Positions 27,335-35,384 of a stretch of 60,854 nt of DNA are shown piece by piece. The position numbers and the translations under genes are program-made. Within the stretch, counting starts at the first letter, position 1. Every line of letters starts with the position of its first letter. The notes under the pieces were generated by a model. That model saw only the letters and a list, made by a program, of their open reading frames with translations, had not been told where the DNA came from and made no database searches. The DNA comes from a virus (lineage: Duplodnaviria > Caudoviricetes), in the IMG/VR virus record IMGVR_UViG_3300028145_000004, positions 1 through 60,854 of that record. The stretch is one strand, 5' to 3'.

Positions 27335-27988
27335 TCAAATATGTCTCCAGTATCGACGCTTCACGATGAGATGAATCAAGGAGAACGACACTCCGTACTC
27401 ATCCCCAAGCGATGTGAGGGTTCGGCCCTCTTCTCGTTTGCGGCGAATCTCGCGCACTTCGATCTCCGTGAGTTTTGCGTTCGGATGTTCGCTGCCACGC
27501 TTCAAAAGCTCGGGGTGAAGCCTAGCTCCACTGCGATCTCCACGTGCCACGCGCTCAGGGTACTTACGAGACGGATTGTTGTCACCGCACTGTCGCAACC
27601 ACGGCATCGTGTTCATCGGGTGATTCGCGCCACGAAGTCGCTTTTCTGGGTGCGTGTGCGCACCATTGCGAAGCCCTGTCGCCTGTCGCCCCTTCGACAT
27701 CATGTCGTCGATGTTGTCGCGCAAGTTTCCCGCTCTCAAGTGGCCGTCACCCACGCGGCAGCACGGTGGATTATCGCATCCGTGAATCGCCATCGCGGGC
27801 CACTCGCCAGTAATCAGAAACAGGGCAACGCGGTGGGCGCGGAGATGTCGACGGGCCTGAATCTTGCCGTACCCGTTCTTGTCGCGACCAGCCGTCCACA
27901 GCCAGCAACCATCGCCAGTGCGGTCGACCTTGCTCCAAAATCGTTCGATGTCTTGTGCCGTCAGGAGTGGCGGCGTTGGATTGTGCAT
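27335..27988 (-). CDS. HNH homing endonuclease
   Basis: RFWSKVD..GCWLW, GYG, RAHRVA, HGCDNPPCC...HL..G...DN, AKLTE; AGGAGG Shine-Dalgarno. Confidence 0.92.
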   Translation of the reverse strand: MHNPTPPLLTAQDIERFWSKVDRTGDGCWLWTAGRDKNGYGKIQARRHLRAHRVALFLITGEWPAMAIHGCDNPPCCRVGDGHLRAGNLRDNIDDMMSKGRQATGLRNGAHTHPEKRLRGANHPMNTMPWLRQCGDNNPSRKYPERVARGDRSGARLHPELLKRGSEHPNAKLTEIEVREIRRKREEGRTLTSLGDEYGVSFSLIHLIVKRRYWRHI

Positions 27989-28075
27989 ACGGACCTCCTT
28001 CTTAGGTTCGTGTGTTCGGGTGCACGGCAGCTTGCAACTGCCGTGTGCCCATCTTCATACTGCGAGGTGAATTGA

Positions 28076-28351
28076 ATGGCAAACAATCAATCAGGCGGCG
28101 GCTACGGAATGATGAACCCATACGCACGCACTCCCGGCCTGAACCAGTACCCCTACCAACCCAACATCACGAACATGCAGCAGCAGGCGAACACGTTTGG
28201 TGCGACACGCAATGCGGTGCTGAATGGACCAGACGGTGCAGGCGCCCCCGACATCACGCAGTTGATTCGGCAGTCGAATGCGCTGCAGGGGACACGCAAC
28301 GCGATCAACACCGGACCCGGCAACGGCATGTACGGTCCACGGAGCAAGTGA
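28076..28351 (+). CDS. Hypothetical protein with internal repeat
   Basis: Q.N...TRNA.. repeated twice; GAGG Shine-Dalgarno. Confidence 0.5.
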   Translation: MANNQSGGGYGMMNPYARTPGLNQYPYQPNITNMQQQANTFGATRNAVLNGPDGAGAPDITQLIRQSNALQGTRNAINTGPGNGMYGPRSK

Positions 28352-28352
28352 G

Positions 28353-29033
28353 ATGTCGGGTATCGAAGAACTCGTAGGCGGAGGTGGCGCGGCAGGTGGC
28401 GGTGCGGGTGCTGCTGGAACTGCGGCGACAACCGCAGGCACTGCTGGAACGGCAGGTGGTTTGGGCTCAACGCTCAGCGGCCTAGGATCATCTGCCCTGA
28501 ATGCGATCAGTGGTATCGGCTCATCTGGCCTAAATGCGCTCAGCGGCATCGGCACGGGCATCCAGAATGCCCTGGGAGCTGTCGGCACTGGTATCCAGAA
28601 TACATTAGGACTCGGCGGTCCAGCAGACACTGGGGCACTCCCTGGCCCCGTAGCACCCCCACCGGGATTCGTAACCTCAGCAGCGGATCTTGGTAACGCA
28701 TTTCAGCCATCCGGTTCACTCCCCGGTCCAGTGAATGTACCAGGCATACCGGCCCAGCCTGGCTTCCTCGGGCAGATTGGCAACGTCGCCAGCCAGCTCG
28801 GCAAGGACGCCCTCGGGTACGCGAAGGAGCACCCCATCAAGACGCTCGGCGGCACCGCCGAAGCCTACCAGCAGCTTCGCGAGTCCCTGCGTGGCGGAAG
28901 CTCACCGCAAGCGACGTTCAACCCGAAGCAGCAAGGTCCACAGCTCCAAGCGCCGCAGATCAGCACGCAGCAGCAAGGGCAACAGCAACGACTTCCAACG
29001 CCAGCCGAACGACTGGCGATGATTCGGAGGTAA
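28353..29033 (+). CDS. Gly/Ala-rich internal virion (ejection) protein
   Basis: 11-aa repeats (SGLGSSALNAI); ejection-module context. Confidence 0.6.
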   Translation: MSGIEELVGGGGAAGGGAGAAGTAATTAGTAGTAGGLGSTLSGLGSSALNAISGIGSSGLNALSGIGTGIQNALGAVGTGIQNTLGLGGPADTGALPGPVAPPPGFVTSAADLGNAFQPSGSLPGPVNVPGIPAQPGFLGQIGNVASQLGKDALGYAKEHPIKTLGGTAEAYQQLRESLRGGSSPQATFNPKQQGPQLQAPQISTQQQGQQQRLPTPAERLAMIRR

Positions 29034-29036
29034 CGC

Positions 29037-29264
29037 ATGGCAAGTTTCGGTTCAGGCGGAGGCGCAGGGAGCGGGAGCACTGGTGGCAATCAGGCCACGA
29101 AATCGCAGCTCGGAGGGCTCGGTCTCGACGCCATCACCAAGCAGTTCGCGCAGCAGTTGGGGCAGCAGCAGTACCAACAGCCGGTGCAGCCGGGGCAGAT
29201 GTTGCAGATGTCGCCGCAGCAACGCTTGGCGCAGACGATGAAGTTGTACGGGGGCGGAGCGTAA
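29037..29264 (+). CDS. Small Gly/Gln-rich protein
   Basis: GGAGG Shine-Dalgarno; operon context. Confidence 0.5.
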   Translation: MASFGSGGGAGSGSTGGNQATKSQLGGLGLDAITKQFAQQLGQQQYQQPVQPGQMLQMSPQQRLAQTMKLYGGGA

Positions 29265-29267
29265 CAA

Positions 29268-30641
29268 GTGCCGAACGTCAGCGACGACACGGGCGCGCAA
29301 CTCACTCAGGCGGACGTCCGACCGGGTGGGCAGCAAGGTGCCGCCGAACTGCTCAGTCAACTACCGGGGCTTCTCGGTAAGATCGGGCCGTTCATTCCGG
29401 CATTGCTGACGGGTACCGCCTCCGCGCTCACGACGCCGATCAAGAGTCGTCCCGCCATCGCTGGTCGCGCCATCCTCGGAACGCTCGCGGGGTATCAGGC
29501 TTCGCAGCCGAGACAGAAGACGGCGCGCGAGTTGTATTACGAGGAGCGCCTTCAGTACGACCGCGAGCACCAAGAACAACTCAAGCAACAAACCGCTGAC
29601 CAAGACAACTTCGCGCAGAACGTACTGACAACGGACGAGGATCGCGTTGCCTTCAAGGCTGACCCGAAAAGTTTTCTGAAGGACTACCGCACTCGCAAGT
29701 TGGCGGAGGCTAACGCTGGGCCGAATCGTGAGTATCTGAAGCACATTGGCAAGTTGCCCGCCGAAGTCGTGGACGCGATGGACCCACGGCAGGTGGCGCT
29801 CCATGCCGGCACTCTGATGGACTACGATCTGAAGAACCAAATGAAGTCACCATCGTACGGATTCAAGGACATCGACGGTGATGTATGGTCGGTAGATCGC
29901 AACAGCGGTCGCAAGATCAGCAATCTCGGAAAGAGCAGCGCATCAAGTTCCAGTGGCGCAAGCGACGACGACGTAAAGCTCGCCGTCGATGCAATCGAAG
30001 CAGGGCGTCAACCACCGGAGTTCGAGAGATTTTATTCCAACACAATCAAGGTGAAGGCTGGACTAGAGAAGCGAGGGGTCGATGTGACCGGCCTCCAGAA
30101 AGATTGGACAGCCATCAAGAAGCATATCCAGACCATGCAGGGTCCGACCATTGAACGCCTATCTGAATCTCTGGATTTCACAACCCATTCACTCGATCAG
30201 GTCGAGGAACTGTATCGACGATGGAAGGATCTGGGTGGGGACACTGGCTACCCACTGTTCAACATGGCGAAACTCGCCGCGTCCAAACAGGTGCCGGGAG
30301 AGATGGGCAATGTTGCGCGAGCGTTGGAGGCGCAGATTGGCGATCTGTCGAGCGACCTAGCCAGTGTCTACAAAGGCGGTACTCAAGGGACTGACTATTC
30401 GCTCAAAGTCGCTGAGAAGAATCTGAAGGAATCGGACAACGAAGGGCAGTTTAAGGCGGCGATGACAGCGATACGACGCAACCTCGGACTGCGCAAATCG
30501 GCAATGGCCGAGTCCAAGCCACGCGGTGTGCGTGAAGACAGCCCATTGAATCGGCCTGATGATGCGCCCACCCCGGTGGCGACCGCCGCCCCGTCCCCCA
30601 CACCCGGCGTCCCCGCAGGTTGGAAGGTCGAAGTAGAGTGA
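29268..30641 (+). CDS. Internal virion / DNA ejection protein
   Basis: Helical 457-aa ORF in the ejection module. Confidence 0.6.
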   Translation: MPNVSDDTGAQLTQADVRPGGQQGAAELLSQLPGLLGKIGPFIPALLTGTASALTTPIKSRPAIAGRAILGTLAGYQASQPRQKTARELYYEERLQYDREHQEQLKQQTADQDNFAQNVLTTDEDRVAFKADPKSFLKDYRTRKLAEANAGPNREYLKHIGKLPAEVVDAMDPRQVALHAGTLMDYDLKNQMKSPSYGFKDIDGDVWSVDRNSGRKISNLGKSSASSSSGASDDDVKLAVDAIEAGRQPPEFERFYSNTIKVKAGLEKRGVDVTGLQKDWTAIKKHIQTMQGPTIERLSESLDFTTHSLDQVEELYRRWKDLGGDTGYPLFNMAKLAASKQVPGEMGNVARALEAQIGDLSSDLASVYKGGTQGTDYSLKVAEKNLKESDNEGQFKAAMTAIRRNLGLRKSAMAESKPRGVREDSPLNRPDDAPTPVATAAPSPTPGVPAGWKVEVE

Positions 30642-32369
30642 ATGCCGACCCTCCGCGTCACCGCGCCCGACGGGACGGTCTACAAGATCACTCCACCTGA
30701 CGGCGCTACCCAAGAGCAGATCGACGCAGGCGTGCAGCAGATCATCGCTGCGCATCCAGCGAAAGCCGCCCCGCGCGGACTCATCCACCGCGCAGGCGAG
30801 GGCATCATCCTAGGTGGCAAGGATGTAGCTGGCATGGCGATGAATCTGCCCGCCGCTGCGCTGCGCATCCCCGGTGCTATCGCAAACGCTCCGCACGCGA
30901 TTGCCGAAGGGGCACGCGAGGCCGTGGCGCACCCCATGCAGGCGGTGGACAAGATCGCTCAGGCGACGGGGGCGCTGATTCCGATGTCGCAGACCATCGA
31001 GCGCACAGCGAAGGCGCTTGCTGACCGTGACCCATCGCAGATCCCGCCCATCGAGGATGTGACACGCGAAGCAACGGTGGCGGGACTCACTCAAAGGCTC
31101 GGCGAAGGTGTTGCAGCGTTTACGAAATGGGCACCGCGTGCATTGGTGAAGGCGATTCCCGGCTCGCAGGTTGAGAGGCACTCGTTGGCTGCGCCGAAGA
31201 TACGGGCTGCGGGCGAGCACCTTCGTCCCACTGATGCAGAACTGCAATCAGCCCGTGCCGAAGTTGCCGCCGTCAACCCAAACCTCAGTTACGATGTAAG
31301 CGAGTTTCGCAAGGTCGCAAACGACATCATGCGTTCCGAAGGTCGCTTGTCCAATCCCGATAGTGGAACGATTCGGGAGATGGAGAACTTCCTAGACAGC
31401 AGCCATCAGGGATGGTCGTTCGATCAGTTGACAGCCGAGGCTCAAAGGCTTGGTTCAGAGTTGGGGGCGGTGCGCACGAACATCGGTGCGCGCCCCGGTG
31501 AAACGACTGGCGGCATGAATCGGGCACGTGATGCGAACCTACGTCGCCTTCTTGCCGCACTGCACACTGACGCCGAGGCTGGTAAGCCGTGGACACCCGC
31601 TGGGCCAGGAGCGCCAGCACAAGAAAACCTTGAAGCCACTGACGCCTGGAAACGGATGCGCCGCCTCGATCAGCGCAACTTCGCAATCAACGGATTGGCG
31701 CGCGATCTCGAAAAGGGCATCGGCATTGCTGGTGACGGCTGGACCTCGGTCAACGTCAATCGCGTGCTCAAGAGCATCCAGACTGCTCGTGCGCTTGCTC
31801 GCAGGGGGCAGAAGTCGGAATCGCTTTGGGTCAAGGGATTTGAGCCTGGCGAACTGGACGCGATTGAGAGCACGCTGCGCGAGATCAAGCGTGACTTGCC
31901 GCGCCTGCCACCGGGGTCCGGTGAGATCACGGGAAGTTCTCAACGTGCGAAGTTGATGGGTGCTGGTGAAGTTATCGGCGGTGGTGCTGCTACTCTCATG
32001 GGGGCTGATCCAGCTCACGCCCTCTTGGCCGGAACAATGACCGGCAGTGCCATGATGATGGGCGTCGATAAGATTGCCGAAGTGATGGCATCGGATGCCG
32101 GTCGCAAGGTTGTTCGCACTGCACTCGCTATCGACCCAAAGGCAGGACCGTTGTTCCGCAACACTCTTGCCGCATTCCTTCGTACTCAGTCAGCCGCAGC
32201 GCGTGGTGAGCCTGCGCCTGATCTATCCGCTCCTCCGCCGCGCCCCGCCCCCGGTCCATCCCCCCAACCGACTCCCTCGCCCGAGGTGATCGCAGCAAAG
32301 CAGAAAGCCGCCAAGGACATCGACGAATTGCTACGCCCATCCGAGCAACGGGAGGCAGCCACCAAGTGA
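30642..32369 (+). CDS. Internal virion / DNA ejection protein
   Basis: N-terminal VTAPDG.VY.I..PDGATQEQI motif common in podophage ejection proteins. Confidence 0.65.
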   Translation: MPTLRVTAPDGTVYKITPPDGATQEQIDAGVQQIIAAHPAKAAPRGLIHRAGEGIILGGKDVAGMAMNLPAAALRIPGAIANAPHAIAEGAREAVAHPMQAVDKIAQATGALIPMSQTIERTAKALADRDPSQIPPIEDVTREATVAGLTQRLGEGVAAFTKWAPRALVKAIPGSQVERHSLAAPKIRAAGEHLRPTDAELQSARAEVAAVNPNLSYDVSEFRKVANDIMRSEGRLSNPDSGTIREMENFLDSSHQGWSFDQLTAEAQRLGSELGAVRTNIGARPGETTGGMNRARDANLRRLLAALHTDAEAGKPWTPAGPGAPAQENLEATDAWKRMRRLDQRNFAINGLARDLEKGIGIAGDGWTSVNVNRVLKSIQTARALARRGQKSESLWVKGFEPGELDAIESTLREIKRDLPRLPPGSGEITGSSQRAKLMGAGEVIGGGAATLMGADPAHALLAGTMTGSAMMMGVDKIAEVMASDAGRKVVRTALAIDPKAGPLFRNTLAAFLRTQSAAARGEPAPDLSAPPPRPAPGPSPQPTPSPEVIAAKQKAAKDIDELLRPSEQREAATK

Positions 32370-32620
32370 CCGAGGAGCAGTTCCTGTTCTGGTTCCGAAT
32401 CTTCCAGGCCATCGCGCTGCCTCTGTTGTCTTACGTCGCCTACACGGTGCGTGGCATCCACATCGAGTTTCGCAAGTTGAACGGGCGCATGATTCGGCAA
32501 GAGGAGTGGCACCTGCAGCACGACAAGCAGGACGACAAGCGTCACGACGAAGTGCGTGCCTACGTGAAGTCGGTCGAGGATCGCTTGGACCGTATGCACG
32601 GCAACGCAGGGAGGCTCTAG
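32366..32620 (+). CDS. Small membrane protein (holin-like)
   Basis: One N-terminal TM segment and a charged tail. Confidence 0.5.
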   Translation: MTEEQFLFWFRIFQAIALPLLSYVAYTVRGIHIEFRKLNGRMIRQEEWHLQHDKQDDKRHDEVRAYVKSVEDRLDRMHGNAGRL

Positions 32621-32622
32621 GC

Positions 32623-32844
32623 ATGGACGCCGTTCTGGCTACCATCATCGTAGCCACCATCGGGGCTGCGACCACCATCGTGGTGACGATCCTGCAGCGC
32701 AACAATGCGAAGCTGGGCACCGCGCTTGGCGAGATCAAGGTCTCGGTGGACGGCAGGCTGGATGACGCGCTTGTGAAGATCGAGACGCTTACCGAAGAGA
32801 TTCAGCAACTGAAAATAGACCGAGCCGTTTTGGCGAAGAAGTAA
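32623..32844 (+). CDS. Small membrane protein (holin-like)
   Basis: TM segment plus coiled coil; GGGAGG Shine-Dalgarno. Confidence 0.55.
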   Translation: MDAVLATIIVATIGAATTIVVTILQRNNAKLGTALGEIKVSVDGRLDDALVKIETLTEEIQQLKIDRAVLAKK

Positions 32845-33067
32845 GTCCGTCCCACCCCTCCATCTGGCGCCGAAACCTAGAACACTTTCGGAGGACTCGC
32901 CGATGATTATGTATCTGGTGACAGTCGCTGCCCTGATTACAGCGTTCCTACTCGGAATGTGGTGGGAGCGACGCAACTGGAACGGCGCGAAGTAGGCCAC
33001 CGACCCACCGCCGCGTGCACTTTGCTTCAGGTTCGGGCATACTCCGCCCCGAAAGGAGTACGGAACT

Positions 33068-33268
33068 ATGCTCGAATGCCTCATCACGTTGATTGTGTGG
33101 GCCATCGTGGCGGTGATTGTCGTCTACATCTTTGAAGTCGTCATTAACCAGTTCGCGTCGCCACCGCCGCCAGTGTTCTTGCTGGTCAGGCTTCTGGTTG
33201 CCCTAATACTCCTGCTGAAATTCCTCGACTGCACCGGGCTTCTGTCGGGTCGCTGGAGAATGCCGTAG
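33068..33268 (+). CDS. Small two-TM membrane protein
   Basis: Two hydrophobic segments; AAGGAG Shine-Dalgarno. Confidence 0.6.
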   Translation: MLECLITLIVWAIVAVIVVYIFEVVINQFASPPPPVFLLVRLLVALILLLKFLDCTGLLSGRWRMP

Positions 33269-33640
33269 ATGGCTGACGAGACCGAACAGCCGGCGCCGGC
33301 ATCTGAACCGCCAGTCGAGCCGCCCCCGCAGGTAGCATCCACAACCACTACCGCCACCACGGTGACGACGGCACCGATCCAATCTCAGAAGCTGACGCTG
33401 CTCGGCCTGCTCGATCGTTTCGTTGACAAGGGCCAACCGTTCGCACTTCCCGAGGGAACGATTCGTGGCACCGTGTTTTTGGTCGTTACGTACGCGCTGA
33501 TGGTATCGTACCGAGGGCCGGATCATTGGGCGCCGCCGCAGCTCGAAGCAGCGTTTCAGGTCATGCTTGGCTTCTATTTCGGCTCGCGGCAATCACCGCA
33601 ATCGACAGCAACTACAACCACTGCAGCAGCAACGAAATGA
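33269..33640 (+). CDS. Membrane protein (holin-like)
   Basis: LPEGTIRG and VMLGFYFGSR motifs. Confidence 0.6.
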   Translation: MADETEQPAPASEPPVEPPPQVASTTTTATTVTTAPIQSQKLTLLGLLDRFVDKGQPFALPEGTIRGTVFLVVTYALMVSYRGPDHWAPPQLEAAFQVMLGFYFGSRQSPQSTATTTTAAATK

Positions 33641-33650
33641 GGTAGATCGC

Positions 33651-34253
33651 ATGAAACACGTACTCGCCATCGCAATTCTGTTCGCCGCCGCGCAGGCGCA
33701 CGCCTTCGAGGTAGGGTGGCCCGGTGGCGCCGCCCAGCCCGTTGCTGGGTCGTGCAGTGGCTGCGTCAAGAACACGGTGTTCCCCACTGCGGTGACCCCC
33801 ACGGACGTATTTCAAGTGCCGCTGACGGGCGGCACCCCGCGCTCGTTCATGTATCACCAGAAGGTCCCGCACGCGGCCGGGGGACCCGCCATCTCGGTCC
33901 GCATGAATGCCATGCGGCTCGCCATTCTGGACGCCGGGAATAGCCTGCTGTGCTTCACGGTGTGTGCCGGGGTGGTGAAAGCTGACCAGAACGCTGATGA
34001 CTTGAACTTGAGCGCGTGCAGCGAGGTGATTTCCACTACCTCGTTTCAGTCGGACCAGTGGGACGTGCAACCTACAGTGACCGGAGCCTTCATTCCGAAC
34101 GACACAACGGGCACGCCTTGCTCGACCACGGTGTGCAACGATGCGGAGCTGTTCGCGCAGGTCAACATCCTGCCGAACGGTCTTCTGTGCGTGGGCGGAA
34201 TCACGGACACCATCGGCATTCTTGGCGTCTACCCCAATTTCGTTGAACCGTAA
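33651..34253 (+). CDS. Secreted Cys-containing protein
   Basis: Signal peptide MKHVLAIAILFAAAQAHA; first gene of the secreted cluster. Confidence 0.7.
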   Translation: MKHVLAIAILFAAAQAHAFEVGWPGGAAQPVAGSCSGCVKNTVFPTAVTPTDVFQVPLTGGTPRSFMYHQKVPHAAGGPAISVRMNAMRLAILDAGNSLLCFTVCAGVVKADQNADDLNLSACSEVISTTSFQSDQWDVQPTVTGAFIPNDTTGTPCSTTVCNDAELFAQVNILPNGLLCVGGITDTIGILGVYPNFVEP

Positions 34254-34262
34254 GGGCTGCGT

Positions 34263-35384
34263 GTGTGCCGACGACTCGTTGCCCTGCTGCTTTGGGCGCT
34301 CCCTGCGTGGGGCACCACGGTCAGCATTGAGCCTTCCAGCATCACCATCGCGACGGGAGGCACCAACTCCGTCACCATCTCGGCCGACAGCCTAAGCGGC
34401 CCGTCGTCCTTCGACCTCTCGCTTGTCTACTCCTCGTCGATAGTCGCCAACACCCTTTGCACCGTCGGCGCCCCCGTCAATTCGGCGGGGTGCTCGTTCA
34501 TCTGCAACAACGGTACGGCGGGCAAGCTGTGCATCGGCATCGCCTGTGTTCCCGGTGCGCTGACGGGCACCAACGTCGTGCTCGCCAACCTGACCTTCAG
34601 CGGCACCCTTGCCGGAAGCTCGCCGCTCGCATGGGACGAGAACGCTTGCCCTGCGACACCCGAGGGTGGTTGCCTGATCGACGACACTCCCGGTGGTTGC
34701 ACTCCGGTCAACGGCGCCCTGATAGTGGCTGCCGCGACGCAGACACCAACACCCACGGGGCCGACCCTGACCCCAACGCCTACCCCTACTCCGACGCAGA
34801 CACGCACATCTACGCCGAGCTTCACGGCAAGCCATACGCCGACCAACACGCGCACGAGAACCCCGACACCGACACCGACCTTTACGCCGACGGTGACCCA
34901 ATCGCCTACCGGGACACCGGACTCGTTTCTGTTCGCCGTGCCGCCGATGGTGACCTCGCCCACGGCTTCGCCTTCAGTGACGCCGACCCGTACCCGCACC
35001 CCGACACCAACTCCGAGCTTCACACCGGGCTCACCCACCGCGACGTTCACGCCGGGTTCCCCGACGCCAACCTTCACGCTGACCAGCACGTCAACGTCGA
35101 CCCCGACGCGGACCCCCACGATAACGAGAACCTCGACGCCGACCGTGACGCCGGGAGGTGCCACTGCGACGCCGACTACCACGAGCACGCCCGACACGTT
35201 CCTGTTGGCCGTGCCGCCAATGGCGACCCGAACGCCAACGGGCCAGATCAGCCCGACACCGACCGTGACGCCTGACCCGTTCCTATGCTGCGACTGCCCT
35301 GATCCGAACGATTGCGTGCCGCCGTTGGGCAACAATACGTGCCCGACCCCGTGCATTCCCGTAACCCCTGCGGTGTGTGACTGA
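34263..35384 (+). CDS. Secreted cohesin-like domain protein with Thr-Pro linker and Cys-rich tail
   Basis: Signal peptide; SFDLSLVYSS...G.L.IGI...GTNVVLANLTF...G.SPL cohesin pattern; C-terminal CCDC...CPTPC...VC. Confidence 0.7.
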   Translation: MCRRLVALLLWALPAWGTTVSIEPSSITIATGGTNSVTISADSLSGPSSFDLSLVYSSSIVANTLCTVGAPVNSAGCSFICNNGTAGKLCIGIACVPGALTGTNVVLANLTFSGTLAGSSPLAWDENACPATPEGGCLIDDTPGGCTPVNGALIVAAATQTPTPTGPTLTPTPTPTPTQTRTSTPSFTASHTPTNTRTRTPTPTPTFTPTVTQSPTGTPDSFLFAVPPMVTSPTASPSVTPTRTRTPTPTPSFTPGSPTATFTPGSPTPTFTLTSTSTSTPTRTPTITRTSTPTVTPGGATATPTTTSTPDTFLLAVPPMATRTPTGQISPTPTVTPDPFLCCDCPDPNDCVPPLGNNTCPTPCIPVTPAVCD

